The translations under genes were made by a program, and so were the position numbers. The notes below the pieces were generated by a model that was not told the origin of the DNA, did no database searches, and saw only the letters and a program-made list of their open reading frames with translations. A stretch of DNA of 63,942 nucleotides, counting the filler, from Nemertoderma westbladi (taxonomy: Eukaryota; Animalia; Xenacoelomorpha), in NCBI GenBank assembly GCA_032718475.1. It is 3 parts of 3 records of this genome, joined end to end, with 100 filler letters (N's around TTAATTAATTAA, not from the genome) between each part and the next. Parts side by side here need not be neighbours in the genome. Positions count along the whole stretch, not along the records: positions 1 to 30,965 come from JAUCBJ010005995.1; positions 31,066 to 55,405 come from JAUCBJ010002083.1; 1 more part is not named here. The stretch is one strand, 5' to 3'. This document shows positions 24,439-36,327 of the stretch, piece after piece. The first letter of the stretch is position 1. Each line of letters opens with the position of its first letter.

Positions 24439-27400
24439 ATGTTTAATTTTTCTCAACATCACAGCGGAGACAACCAAAGTGACAATCCCAACCTGAGACC
24501 ACTCCCCTTTCCTCATCAGCAGCCAACCGGTAATGGTAGTTCCCATAGATTAGGCCTACCTGACCTCATGGACATTGTAATACCCCAACCAAGAGTCCTT
24601 CAAACAAACACTGGTAACTGCCAGTCCGCTCCAAATCATCCGAGCATGGCACTCCCCGTTACTGAACACCAAATGAGTGTCCAGACTCCATCTCAAACTC
24701 CAGGCGCTGAATACCAAATGGGTGTAGCTTTACTATCCAAGAATCAATCTCAAACTCCATGGACCGGTCACCAAGTATGCGCCAATATACTGAATCACAA
24801 TCTCTCACACAATCAGCGCACTGAACACCGAATGAGTGCCTGGGAACCGACCAATACTGAGAGCAGCATGAGTCATCGCCAGTCTAATTATCAACATTTT
24901 CCGAGACTTATGGATATTGAAATACCCCAACCAAGAGTCCTTCAAACAAACACTGATAACTGTCAGTCCGCTCCAAATAATCCGACCATGGCTCTCGCTC
25001 CCACCGAACACCATATAACTGTCCAGACTCCATCTCAAACTCCAGGCGCCGAATACCAAATGCGTGTAACTGTACCATCCAAGAATCAATCTCAAACTCC
25101 ATGGACCGGTCTCCAAGTGTGCACCAATATACCAACCCAAAATCTCTCTCAGAATCAGCGCACTGAACACCGAATGAGTGCCCAGGAACCGACCAATACT
25201 GAGAGCAGCATGAGTCATCGCCAGTCTAATTATCAACATTTTCCAAGACTTATGGATATTGAAATACAACGACCTCGATCTTTGTGTAGAAACACTGGTG
25301 AAAGTGTGAAAAAGTTATGCGAAGAGTCGAATCGTTTGTGTGAAACTGTCAAGTTTATTGAAAAACAAGATAATAGGCCTATATATGATATCAATGCTGA
25401 TCTCTCTGGTGGAGAATATAACACTTTCAACGAATATCCAAACACTAAATCAAGTAGCAAAGGGATGCAGGAATATTCTAATTCAAAACGTAGCCATGAA
25501 GGACATGCCATCACTCAAGTTTCTGGAAATAATATTGCTTCTACCGGTAGTAGTGATCAGGTTATGACGAAGTTCCGAGATTGTAAACATAGCAAGGTTT
25601 GTGTTGAGAAAGAGAGATATGCATTCAACAACTTTAGTGAAGGGCCAAATACTCAAGAGTTGTCGACTGCGAATATTCCACTCACCGAACACCAAATGAT
25701 ACCTGTGAAGAATACCTATCAAAATCAACGAACTGAGCCCCACATGAGTCTTCCTCCGTCGAACTATCGACAATTGCCAGGACTTATGGGTATTGAAATA
25801 CCTCGGCCGCAGTCTTCACATAGAAGCACTACTGATAATGTGAATCAATTATATGAAGATTCGAATCATATCAGTGAAAGTTCAAACAAATATAGACGAG
25901 TCGCATCTGATGCTGCTGATGCCAACATGGTGGAAAGACAAGATTATAATCGTTTCTTGTCGGTATCTCGGAATGGTGGGGCTCGACGTTCTAATTCACA
26001 GTTATCTTGGAGTGTCCCAGACGTACAGACTAATGTTATACGGAATCCCAGGAAACATGATTCAGGAGCTAATTTATCGAGAAATCGCTATGTCAGTAAT
26101 TGGGCTGCCTCTGGAAATGGGAAACCAGGTGGTAAACTCCAACAAAGTAACCCATTCTATAAGTCGTCATCCCCACAAGCAAACAAACGTTCTAGATACT
26201 ATGATGACAATGACAGTGATCATAGCGATAAAATCAAACGAGCAAAGTGCCAAACTTACAATGATCCACCACAACAGGTCAATGATATGACAAACTACCA
26301 GTTTCAAAGAATTTCCAAATTCAGGCAACATGATCATTCGAGGCCCAATGCTAGAATGCACCAGAACCGACATGGGACCTGGGACAAGAGCACTCGGCAT
26401 GCCAGCAAACACAATGATCCTATTAACAAACACTCAGTTATTCCGTTTGTGTGCTCATCACACGCGGATGCCTATTATCTTATACATTCGATTCATCGGG
26501 ACTTGAAGGTTGTTAAAGCCACCGATAGTTTGATTCACCTAATAGATTCGTTTGCAACAGAATTACGATGGAAGCATTCTACAACCGAAGCAGAATATAA
26601 ATACGCAATAGATATTAGTTTTGTTTCTACCATAAACTCGATGGTTGAAAACATGCAGGAGTTCAATCAAAAAGCGATTACTGGTAGTATAAAAGGTGAA
26701 ACAGATATTGGTGGTAAGGGAGTGGCATGTGGGTCAGGAAATCCCGTTAGTGATAAAACAACATCAGTTTCAAGCAAACCTGGATGTATCACTGATAAAA
26801 TCATGGATAATGTCAATAAGACAGACACTTTTGAGAAAACTCCTTGCGAGATAGTCGCGTCAAAGTTACGCACTCTCCGCTGTCAGCCGTTCACATCGTT
26901 GGAGGAGGAACTCACAACGGAATGGTCCATCTGCACGGACGAGAGTAACAACTCTATGGAGCGCAACTACTACCACCATTCCCCGCAGTATTTCGCGCTC
27001 AAGAGAATGGATCCGGATAGACTGAACCCCGAGCTGTGGTTCAATACGCCCGGCCAGGTATTAGATGGGCCGGCGTGCCATCCATTGTGCGATCGCAGCT
27101 CCGGTATTGCTCACGGCTGGTACCCTGGGAACACCGCCTTCCCATCTTGCGATCCCTTCTCCAACAATCTCGACCGCCTCCACCATTATGTTATCTCCGT
27201 CTCCCCAACTCAGAACTATTTCGGGAGTTTTTCTTCCACGATATTCTTCGACGACCACACATATAAATTCCAAGGTTTTTCTATTTTCTCTCACGAGTCG
27301 TTAGACGAGTTAAAGTCGTGTAATTTCTACCGCTACAATCTCAAATATACCATTTCGGTTGATCCACAGAAACCACCAACTAATTTCACAATAAAGGAAT

Positions 27401-29658
27401 TAGATCTGATAACCGATTACATATTTTACGACTTGTTGGAACTTTTCGATTGGACTGTCGATAAACAATTCGTTAGCGATTCAGGATGTTGTCGGCAATT
27501 CCATTTCCTTCCTCGCTTCGTTCGGTCGTTTCTCAACGGAGGTCTTGAGGTTCTATCTGCCAGCAATGTGTTGCTGCATCTACTGAATAGCCACAAGCCG
27601 TTATTCACTCCCGAATTGGTGCAGCGGTCTAAGAATCTCACTGAGAAACAATGGTTGGACTTAGAGGACGATATGAAAAACCATATAGTGATGTTCCCCG
27701 GGAAGAAACCGCAGTGTCTTCGAGTGGACGTGGTGGACAGGGAGCACAGTAGAATGGACGTGGACCCCTTCCCAGTTATTGTACACTTCGGCGTGAGACC
27801 CCCGCAGGATTCCCACACTGGCGACGCCGAATACAAGAAACTGCGCAAACAGTTCACCACCTCCCAACGGGCCTTCAAGAACAATCCTTACACAACCCAA
27901 GTAGATTCCAATAAACTAGCCGAAATGGAGAAACTCCTTATAAAACAGAAACTTTCGTTGGATACCAAAAGGGAAGTTGTTGTTGAGGTTAGCAGTCGTG
28001 GGGCTATCAAGGTCGGCCTCAAATGCGATGTGTTTCAGTTTGCTACGCTACTTCCCATAGTCGCTCACGCCGCTCGTTACCGTAAGAGTTCCCTCCAACT
28101 AGAGCGGAACCTTGGTTACCAGTTCGTTAATAAAACGGTGCTGGACGAGGCGCTGACCCATCCCTCCTGCTACATATCGACCTGCACCAACACCACCCAG
28201 GTCCGGGTCTCCTGCTTCAATCTCGGATTCCGCAACCCGGAACTAGGCGACGTCCCCATACTCACCCGTAACTCCCGTCGTCATGGAGACGATAACCTGG
28301 TGCGAACCTTGGCCCAGTTAGGGGAGAACCAGGAGTCTGTGGTTCCCTACATCCATTACGAGAAGTTGGAATACCTCGGCGACGCGGTTTTGGGTTTTAT
28401 CATTTCGGAACATATTTTCTTCTTGTTCCCGGAGATGTCAGAAGGCGACATGAGTTTACTGCGCGGCGGTTTGGCTAGCAATCTAACGCTGTCGAAACTT
28501 TCCGAGCGATTCCAACTGGATCAGTACCTACTGCAGCAGCACACCACCGACCTGCCACATTTTGGACACTTGTGGCGCGCAAAGGCGAACAGTTTGGAGG
28601 CGTTGCTAGCCGCTCTGTACATTGATGGAGGAATCGACATCGTCAGAAAGATAATCGCTAACTTATTATTCGACGAAGATGATCTGAAGAAACTTTGGCT
28701 CAACTTCCCGAACGATTTGGTACAAGAAACCGCGCTTGATCCGATTCTAAGCGAATTATTTGAGAACTCAAAGATATACAAAGAAGCTTTGGAGTTTATA
28801 GATAAACTCGGTATCCAATTCCGTAACAAACAACTACTTATAAAGGCCGTATCTTCCCGCTGCCACTTCAACCTGGTTACATACGGTAACAATCAGCGTC
28901 TAGAATGGTTCGGCGACGCGATTATGAACTACGTCGTTGCCGATTTCGTTTACCGACACTTCCCCAACCATCACGAGGGACATCTCTCCATATTGAGATC
29001 GTCTTTAGTCCGCGGTAAAACCCAGGCCAAGGTCGCCTTCGAGTTAGGGCTCAACGTGTTCGCGAATCATCTGGGGATGAGTCTGCCCGAACAGGACAAC
29101 AAGTATCAGTTGAGTCACAGGAAGTTGCTCGCCGACATTCTAGAGGCATTCGTCGCCGCGTTGTACTGCGATCAAGGACTTCATGTCGTTCAGGAGTTCA
29201 TCCGCGTGTGTTTCATGGAGAAACTCCCCGAGATAATCGCGACGCAGGGTTGGAACGACGCTAAGAACCAGTTGCACACCTGCTGTCTGCCGTTGTGCGC
29301 GTCGGGCCAGCAACCGTCTGTTCCCGAGTACGATATAGTGGACGTGGTGAAGGACGGTGAGGCGGTTCGTTACACAGCTGAGGTGAGTTTCCGAGGGTTC
29401 GTGTTGGGACGCGGGACCGCGGTTACCATAACCACCGCCAAGGTATGCGCAGCCAACGACGCGCTCAATACGTGGGACTTCCCGAAGTTGCGGCGGCAGT
29501 ATCGGATACTGAAACGGGTTCACGGGAAGGACGCGAGGATTACGGCGGGAAATATAGACGGGAGTACGTACCATGTGCAGAGGAAACCGCTACCCAAGGA
29601 GTTGTTTAGTGGTGCGGGGGAAGTAACCGGAAGGGGAAGTAACCGGAAAAGGAAGTAA
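24439..29658 (+). CDS. DROSHA: Drosha (class 2 RNase III), single coding exon
   Basis: Central domain RLNPELWFN..DGP, FHFLPRFVR, FPVIVHFG; RIIIDa EKLEYLGDA...ANSLEA; RIIIDb NQRLEWFGDA...ADILEA; C-terminal dsRBD. First ATG at 24439. Confidence 0.96.
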   Translation: MFNFSQHHSGDNQSDNPNLRPLPFPHQQPTGNGSSHRLGLPDLMDIVIPQPRVLQTNTGNCQSAPNHPSMALPVTEHQMSVQTPSQTPGAEYQMGVALLSKNQSQTPWTGHQVCANILNHNLSHNQRTEHRMSAWEPTNTESSMSHRQSNYQHFPRLMDIEIPQPRVLQTNTDNCQSAPNNPTMALAPTEHHITVQTPSQTPGAEYQMRVTVPSKNQSQTPWTGLQVCTNIPTQNLSQNQRTEHRMSAQEPTNTESSMSHRQSNYQHFPRLMDIEIQRPRSLCRNTGESVKKLCEESNRLCETVKFIEKQDNRPIYDINADLSGGEYNTFNEYPNTKSSSKGMQEYSNSKRSHEGHAITQVSGNNIASTGSSDQVMTKFRDCKHSKVCVEKERYAFNNFSEGPNTQELSTANIPLTEHQMIPVKNTYQNQRTEPHMSLPPSNYRQLPGLMGIEIPRPQSSHRSTTDNVNQLYEDSNHISESSNKYRRVASDAADANMVERQDYNRFLSVSRNGGARRSNSQLSWSVPDVQTNVIRNPRKHDSGANLSRNRYVSNWAASGNGKPGGKLQQSNPFYKSSSPQANKRSRYYDDNDSDHSDKIKRAKCQTYNDPPQQVNDMTNYQFQRISKFRQHDHSRPNARMHQNRHGTWDKSTRHASKHNDPINKHSVIPFVCSSHADAYYLIHSIHRDLKVVKATDSLIHLIDSFATELRWKHSTTEAEYKYAIDISFVSTINSMVENMQEFNQKAITGSIKGETDIGGKGVACGSGNPVSDKTTSVSSKPGCITDKIMDNVNKTDTFEKTPCEIVASKLRTLRCQPFTSLEEELTTEWSICTDESNNSMERNYYHHSPQYFALKRMDPDRLNPELWFNTPGQVLDGPACHPLCDRSSGIAHGWYPGNTAFPSCDPFSNNLDRLHHYVISVSPTQNYFGSFSSTIFFDDHTYKFQGFSIFSHESLDELKSCNFYRYNLKYTISVDPQKPPTNFTIKELDLITDYIFYDLLELFDWTVDKQFVSDSGCCRQFHFLPRFVRSFLNGGLEVLSASNVLLHLLNSHKPLFTPELVQRSKNLTEKQWLDLEDDMKNHIVMFPGKKPQCLRVDVVDREHSRMDVDPFPVIVHFGVRPPQDSHTGDAEYKKLRKQFTTSQRAFKNNPYTTQVDSNKLAEMEKLLIKQKLSLDTKREVVVEVSSRGAIKVGLKCDVFQFATLLPIVAHAARYRKSSLQLERNLGYQFVNKTVLDEALTHPSCYISTCTNTTQVRVSCFNLGFRNPELGDVPILTRNSRRHGDDNLVRTLAQLGENQESVVPYIHYEKLEYLGDAVLGFIISEHIFFLFPEMSEGDMSLLRGGLASNLTLSKLSERFQLDQYLLQQHTTDLPHFGHLWRAKANSLEALLAALYIDGGIDIVRKIIANLLFDEDDLKKLWLNFPNDLVQETALDPILSELFENSKIYKEALEFIDKLGIQFRNKQLLIKAVSSRCHFNLVTYGNNQRLEWFGDAIMNYVVADFVYRHFPNHHEGHLSILRSSLVRGKTQAKVAFELGLNVFANHLGMSLPEQDNKYQLSHRKLLADILEAFVAALYCDQGLHVVQEFIRVCFMEKLPEIIATQGWNDAKNQLHTCCLPLCASGQQPSVPEYDIVDVVKDGEAVRYTAEVSFRGFVLGRGTAVTITTAKVCAANDALNTWDFPKLRRQYRILKRVHGKDARITAGNIDGSTYHVQRKPLPKELFSGAGEVTGRGSNRKRK

Positions 29659-29810
29659 CCGGAAACGGAAGTAACCGGAAGGGGAAGTAGTCGAAAGGGA
29701 AAGTTACTGAAAGGGAAAGTGATCGGAAGGGGAAGTAACCGGAAGGGAGGGTGTCCGGTGGGTAAGTGGCCGGAAGGGGCGGAAGGGGAAGTCACCGTAA
29801 AGGGAAGTAG
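29619..29810 (+). repeat. About 17-bp purine-rich tandem repeat GGAAGTAACCGGAAGGG spanning the Drosha stop codon
   Basis: About 10 degenerate units; TAA 29656-29658 lies within a unit. Confidence 0.85.
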
Positions 29811-30965
29811 CAGTTAATGTATAGACGAAGTCTCTAATCAATTTATAAAATCGCTTTCAGTTTTAATAATATAACTAACTCGTACCAAATCGACGTCCAT
29901 CTGGGAAAAAAACGTTGTAAAAGTTGACAATTTGACATTCTGAGAAAGCCAGAGTATGTTTAATTGTTTTAGCTATTTTTGCCATTGGTCAGTGAAAATT
30001 GGTTATGTTGGAACTGAAAAGAAACTTTGGCTTTAAAATATGATATGTAAACAATACAAATACACTATATATGGTGATTATTACTTTACCACGTGAAAGT
30101 GCCTATTCGATTCTTTAAGGTTCGATCAAAACATCGGTGTCACAAAAATTTCACTTGACAGTTTTTGCCAGCTTGGCGTCGATGTTATATCCCGAAAGTG
30201 CTCTTTCTCACGTGATTGTTTTTATTAATTAGTTAATGCCTCATATATTTGTTCCTCTTTTGCTTTGGACTGGTCACTGGTATTACCTTCGCTTTGTAAC
30301 TATAAATTCCATATTTAATTATTTGGTGACTATTAATTATTAAATTACCGTAATACGAGATAAATAATGTTAGAACGTAAAAGATTCCGTGATTAGTTTG
30401 TTTTTCCTTAGTTTGGATTCCTTTGTTGACAAATTATTGAATTACATTTGATTTTTTTAGTGAGTATAACTATTGTAATTAACAACAATCATTTCGATCT
30501 GTCTTAATTAAACATTGATATAATTAGACCTATATTATATATTATTCCGTAATTATTTCGCATCGGTATTGATAATACATATTTTTTCGTAACATAATTA
30601 TTATTTATTTATCTCATTGCGTATAAAGTGAGGCTTTTACTAATGCAGATTCCAAGTACGATTATATTATATTATAAACGGGAAATATTTTCATTGTTTT
30701 TGTTAGAGAGTCAATGTAACCTGCTCCTCCCCCACAATACACTAAGGCGCGTTTTTTTATTATACCTTTTTTGTGACCCCCCCCCCCCCCCACCCCCCCC
30801 CCCCCCCCCCCCCCCCCGCCCACATAAACAATACATTATACCGCATTACTGCATCAACCAATTATAAAACGAAATCAATGAATATATTGATATAGGAATA
30901 TTATAGTTACCTATAGTAGAGTATCTTATAAGTTAGTAACTGTGTGCTGGTAAATTATTATTGTA

Positions 30966-31065
30966 NNNNNNNNNNNNNNNNNNNNNNNNNNNNNNNNNNN
31001 NNNNNNNNNTTAATTAATTAANNNNNNNNNNNNNNNNNNNNNNNNNNNNNNNNNNNNNNNNNNNN
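30966..31065. other. Artificial assembly gap/linker
   Basis: 44 N + TTAATTAATTAA (stops in all six frames) + 44 N. Confidence 0.97.
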
Positions 31066-31953
31066 TAAACGAGAGTTAACAGCACAAATAACAATTATAT
31101 CAGTTGCTATTTACTATTTCCGAATTTCCTCTGGATGCCATTTTGAATGTGTCGTGATTTCCCCCTGTGACCCCCCCCCCCCCCCCCCCTCCATCTATGA
31201 TTTCCCACCGTGATTTATTGTGGTGACTTTTTCAGTTCCAAAGCCGTAACGTGGCTATAGCAGCAGCCGGAGTATATGCCAATGCCAAATTCACCTGCAC
31301 TTGCACTAAGACTCATTCACATAGTTTCTACTCACCTACTTACCTACAAGTATTATATTAAGTAATTATGAGCAGTATGTTCATAGAAATATACTGTTCA
31401 GCGTGTAGCATACGTTTAATAGCGCGATAGCAATAAATTATTGTTTGAGGAAGTTATATTAGCACTCAACTTACTTTTGGAGGGAAATTTAAAGTTGTGT
31501 TATGAATTATCTATGGACTGTAATTGTGTAGAAAAACTATTTCTATTTTCTTGATGTTCTTATACATTTTGATTCCTAATATTTACTACAATATTTATAA
31601 TATTTATTATTAGAATCGATATTGCTGTTATTACGTATTATTATTGTAATTGTCAATTTTTGTGTTGATTTGAATTGCACTCTGTATAGTGTTCATATGT
31701 ATAACTTATTGAATTAATATTATTAATTAAGTAGGCCTAATAATTAATTCGCAATATTGATTCTTTTTACTTTTGTTGTTGTTTTTTGTACAATGATACA
31801 TACGTAGTACAAAAAGTACAATATTATCATTTATATTTCTTTCATGTTTTCTGTGGTGATTAGATTGGTAATAATAGTATTAACTAATTAATACAACCCT
31901 ACTACGTTAACATCTAAAGAAAAATAAATATATAATCTTGCTATATTATCAAA

Positions 31954-34272
31954 ATGGAAGATACTTGCAATGGAAATGAATTGACTACTCCAAGTACGTA
32001 CAGTGACGACATAGATTACATCGTTAGGCAAGAGATATCCGACAGACTGGATGGGTCTTCTGTTTACCTGGACCACGCTGGGGCTGCTCTATACCCTAAC
32101 AGTACCCTGGATTCCTACTGTCGCGAATTGTCTACCAGTTGCTATGGGAACCCGCACACTCGCAGCGCCGGGGGCCTTAAAACTCGCGAGATTGTAGACA
32201 GTGTCAGACACAGAGTATTGAATCTATTCGGGGTCAATCACAACACTCATTCCGTTATCTTTACGCGTAGCGCCACGGATGCCATTAAACTCACCGCTTA
32301 TAATCTACCGTGGAAGGACAACCATCCTTGGCTTTATATCTATCTAGACGATAACCACACGTCCGTGGTCGGGGTTAGTTTCGTTGCTAAGCAATACGGA
32401 GGTGTTTCAGTTTGCCTTGATGAAGATAAATTGATAGATTTTATTAACGATGGTGAACTACCCGAGGAGTATCCTATAGCCGCGGTAAGTCTTCGAATAT
32501 TAGCTTTTCCCGCCCAATCAAATTTCTCTGGTAGACGCTACCCGTTGGATTGGTGCGAGCGATTTAAGTCGACTAGTAACTCGGGTTTAGTTTTACTGGA
32601 CTGTGCGAGTTTCGTCTCAACATCCCCGTTGGATTTATCTAAAGTTTCCGCCGATTTTGTTCCGGTGTCGTTTTATAAAATATTCGGGTTTCCCACTGGT
32701 TTGGGCTGTTTATTAGTTAAGAATTCCGCAGTTGACTTTTTTCATAAGGTTTATTACGGGGGTGGGACGGTAGAGGGCTACAATCCGTGGGATGGTTGGG
32801 CTGTTCCAAGGCAATCAGTGGCAGACAGACTAGAAGATGGAACTTTGCCTTTCCTTGAAATTGTTGCTTTGGATGTCGCAATGAATAAATTAAACAATAT
32901 TACTAAAGGTATGGCTTATATATCTAATCATGCCATAGGAATCGCTAAATACGCATTTGATGAGTTGGGAGTTTTGAGGCATGGGAATCAGGCTCCATTG
33001 GTAGTACTATACAGCGGTGGTTGCTCAGGATTCCATAGTTCCGATCAGGGCCCGATTATTGCCTTTAATGTGTTAAGGGCTAACGGTGGTATAGTTGGCT
33101 ACAGTCAGGTGGAGGTGCTGGCCGAACTTTCTGGCGTGCAACTCCGCACGGGGTGCTTCTGCAACACGGGTTACTGTATGCGGGTCCTCGGAATAGAAGG
33201 CAGTCGACTGGTCTCCAACTGGAAGGCAGGTCATGTATGTGGAGACACTGTTGATGCAGTTGATGGTAGAGCGACTGGGGCTATCAGGGTATCATTTGGT
33301 TGGTGTTCGAGGCGGTGTGATGTTGATAAACTTGTTGGTTTTATCAAAGAAGCCTTTCTCGAAGCGAGAGTGATTACTGAAAGTGAGAACAAAGAAGCTG
33401 AAATACAATCAAATTGTTCTTCTCAAGTTATTAGTGATGATTCGTCATTTGGCGTTCTTGAGTCTATCAGACTTTATCCGGTAAAATCCTGTCAACCAAT
33501 GGTTGTTGAGCAGTGGCCTTTTTCCGAGACTGGCCTTCTATATGATCGACATTGGATGGTGACTACCCCGAATAACACAACACTAACCCTAAGTCGCTGT
33601 CCCAACCTCTGTCGTATTCACCCCAATGTGGACTTAGGCAGCGGTGTCTTGCGTTTAACGTCATCCGTTGATGCGAATAACATTATTGAAATCAATTGTC
33701 TCGATGAATCTCGCGAAAACATTGTTCAACGAACTCGGATATGCGCTGAGCGCATCGAAGGGGTTGATTGCGGGGAACATGTAGCTGATTGGCTCACGTC
33801 TGTGATTGGTCGACCGGCTAGACTGGTGCAGAATTTTAATTCTCGAATAAAGTCTGGCCATTCGATTTCTTTGGTAAATAAAGCGCAATTTCTTCTGTTG
33901 AATTCCGAGAGCATTAAATGTTTGCACGGTAGAATAGGAGCAACTAACGGCGAAGTAATCCCTGTTACTCAACTCGTTGATCGCTTCAGGGCCAACTTTA
34001 TCGTGAAGGGCAGTTACCCATTCGCCGAAGAGTCATGGTCCAAATTCAGCATTGGCGGTTGGCGGTTTGATTTTGACAGTTTATGCAGCCGTTGCGGTAT
34101 GGTGTCTATTGATCCGTATACTGGAGGAAGGACGAAGGAGCCATTGTTCTCGTTGTCCAGGAAACAGGATGGTCGTGGTGTAACGTTCGGGATTTATGTT
34201 GCGCTATCTAGCGTCCAACACGCGAATCCACCATCTATTCGAATTGGAGACAAATTAGTACAAAATTCATAA
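31954..34272 (+). CDS. MOCOS: Molybdenum cofactor sulfurase, intronless
   Basis: YLDHAGA, GNPH, PLP-lysine motif SFYKIFGFPTGLG, RTGCFCNTG, and MOSC domain YPVKSC...RFRANF...CSRC. Confidence 0.96.
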   Translation: MEDTCNGNELTTPSTYSDDIDYIVRQEISDRLDGSSVYLDHAGAALYPNSTLDSYCRELSTSCYGNPHTRSAGGLKTREIVDSVRHRVLNLFGVNHNTHSVIFTRSATDAIKLTAYNLPWKDNHPWLYIYLDDNHTSVVGVSFVAKQYGGVSVCLDEDKLIDFINDGELPEEYPIAAVSLRILAFPAQSNFSGRRYPLDWCERFKSTSNSGLVLLDCASFVSTSPLDLSKVSADFVPVSFYKIFGFPTGLGCLLVKNSAVDFFHKVYYGGGTVEGYNPWDGWAVPRQSVADRLEDGTLPFLEIVALDVAMNKLNNITKGMAYISNHAIGIAKYAFDELGVLRHGNQAPLVVLYSGGCSGFHSSDQGPIIAFNVLRANGGIVGYSQVEVLAELSGVQLRTGCFCNTGYCMRVLGIEGSRLVSNWKAGHVCGDTVDAVDGRATGAIRVSFGWCSRRCDVDKLVGFIKEAFLEARVITESENKEAEIQSNCSSQVISDDSSFGVLESIRLYPVKSCQPMVVEQWPFSETGLLYDRHWMVTTPNNTTLTLSRCPNLCRIHPNVDLGSGVLRLTSSVDANNIIEINCLDESRENIVQRTRICAERIEGVDCGEHVADWLTSVIGRPARLVQNFNSRIKSGHSISLVNKAQFLLLNSESIKCLHGRIGATNGEVIPVTQLVDRFRANFIVKGSYPFAEESWSKFSIGGWRFDFDSLCSRCGMVSIDPYTGGRTKEPLFSLSRKQDGRGVTFGIYVALSSVQHANPPSIRIGDKLVQNS

Positions 34273-36327
34273 TTCATAATCATTATAATTTCAAACGTCA
34301 TTTATTGTTTTTGGTCCCATCCATCCTTTCCCTATAACCAGTTACATTAATAAGCTGCATGATAATCTCGTACACAATCGCACAGCACCGAATGTCGTTC
34401 GACTTTAATTTTGCGAATAAAATATTTGGTTCTTAACTGTATTTATTTCTCATTATATATTTAATTTGTTGCCTTAGGTGCCAGAGTTATAGAAGTTTAG
34501 AAGTTTGTTTTATTTAGTAGTTTAAATTGCTGCCATTGAAATTGGTGCTGGGAAATTATATTTAGTTTTTCTAGGCGGTTTAGTTTAGTTACCATTAACT
34601 AAGTACCTTTATATCATAGCGTATTGTTTAAATATATTTTTTAAATTTGTTGCATACTAAAAACTCAACTAAGAAAACAGAAAACAAAAAGAAAATAAAA
34701 AAAACAGTCTAAAACAATTTGTGCGTAAAAACTATTTAAATTCTTTTGTTAAGATTCAGTTAAACTTTTAAATATTTTTTACATTAATTAATAATTATTG
34801 TAAAACGCGATTAAAGTGCAGTAAGGTAGGTATTGGGTGTTAATATTTTACGTCACACTGACTGAACTGGTAGCTTGAAAATTAACATTGCATCCTTGCT
34901 GATAAATATAACTGCCCCTTGTACTGAGTGAGCAAAAATTAAAACACGAAAATTGCCATCAACTCAACGATAGAAACACCAGCTGCTGGTACTAGTAAGC
35001 TACTACTATTGATTGAATGGATAGGCCGAAACTGCAAAGAAGTATATTACTTGCCAAATTGATTACTATCTCACTCTAACCCAGACAATAATCAAATATC
35101 AACTGTAAGTTTGTATAATGTATTACCCCACCAGCTGAATACCTCTTCCCAGTGAATCATATGGGAATATCTATAAGGTTACTCGCTGCTATGTTAGGTG
35201 GGAGGCCAGCTGATTGAATTTTAAGCACTGGGCCGTTCAAATGTTTTATTTACATATATAGGTTAATTTTTAGACGAATTTTTGCCGGACTAACAAATTT
35301 TGGCGACGTTCTTTCTGTGCGAGATTGGCGATATTTGAAAAGATTCTGAGGCTAAAATATGTTGCTCAGATGACTGAATATCCAAATAAATAAGTTGGTG
35401 CATACTCACTCAACGAGTTGAAATCGGTGAAATTCGACTTTAAATTTTCAAAACCGCTATTTCTCAGTGACCCCGTGGTCAAAACGCCACAGAAAATATA
35501 GTATTTTGCGCAACCAAAATTCATGTATAGTTTGTTTTTAATACGTAAATCCCATCTCGCGAATTAATATTTCGTCTCAATGTTTAATTCTCAATTAAGG
35601 GAATAGGAACAGGTTACAGACGTACGTTATTTCAACCAAAAAAATAAGCTAACGTCAATATAATGGGTTACATATTTTTTTGGAAGTAATCAGCTGTTAT
35701 TTGCGACGATGTTCCCCTGGAGAAGCATGAATTTTGATTGCGTTGAAATTTCCCCTCCCCCCTGCCCAATACATATATTGCAATTTCATTGGGAAAGCCC
35801 AAATTGGGCTGCTAACGATTATTTTGTATGATAAAGCCTATCTCAACCAATCATGTTTTGTTGACGTCATAAATTCGCGGTAAATGACACGGGTGTTATA
35901 CATCACCTAGTATATTTAGTATATTCATCAGATAGGTATTTAAGGTATTGTTTGACAAAGTGTCCCTCTGCCCTTGATTATACATGAACCATCTCGGTCT
36001 GTATATATTGTACTTCGTATGTATGTTTGATACTATATCTCCCAAAATCATTATTTTGTTTGTTATTCTTATCACAAGGCACATGTGAGTTATATATTCT
36101 AGTCACACCTCTGAAGTCAATTTTCTATCCTGATTCCCATGTGCTGTGTGTCAGCGTCCTTGTTATCCTTTTAGTATCATTGTACTCCTTGATATGTACT
36201 TAACACATTCACTTCCGTATCGGTTTCCTTTATAAAGTCTGTTCCCTTATGCTACTGTTACTTCAAAGTGCGTGAGGGTGAGAATAAGATATTGTACATT
36301 GAAATTTAATTCTTACTATTTTTAATA

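Noticed and set aside
24805-29795. Antisense and overlapping ORFs within Drosha (likewise within PP5, YARS2, KMO and the LIM gene)
   Set aside because: Shadow ORFs of real coding sequence with no recognisable motifs.
31010-31021. TTAATTAATTAA palindrome as a biological site (also 55450-55461)
   Set aside because: Centred in N runs with identical geometry both times; a six-frame-stop assembly linker.
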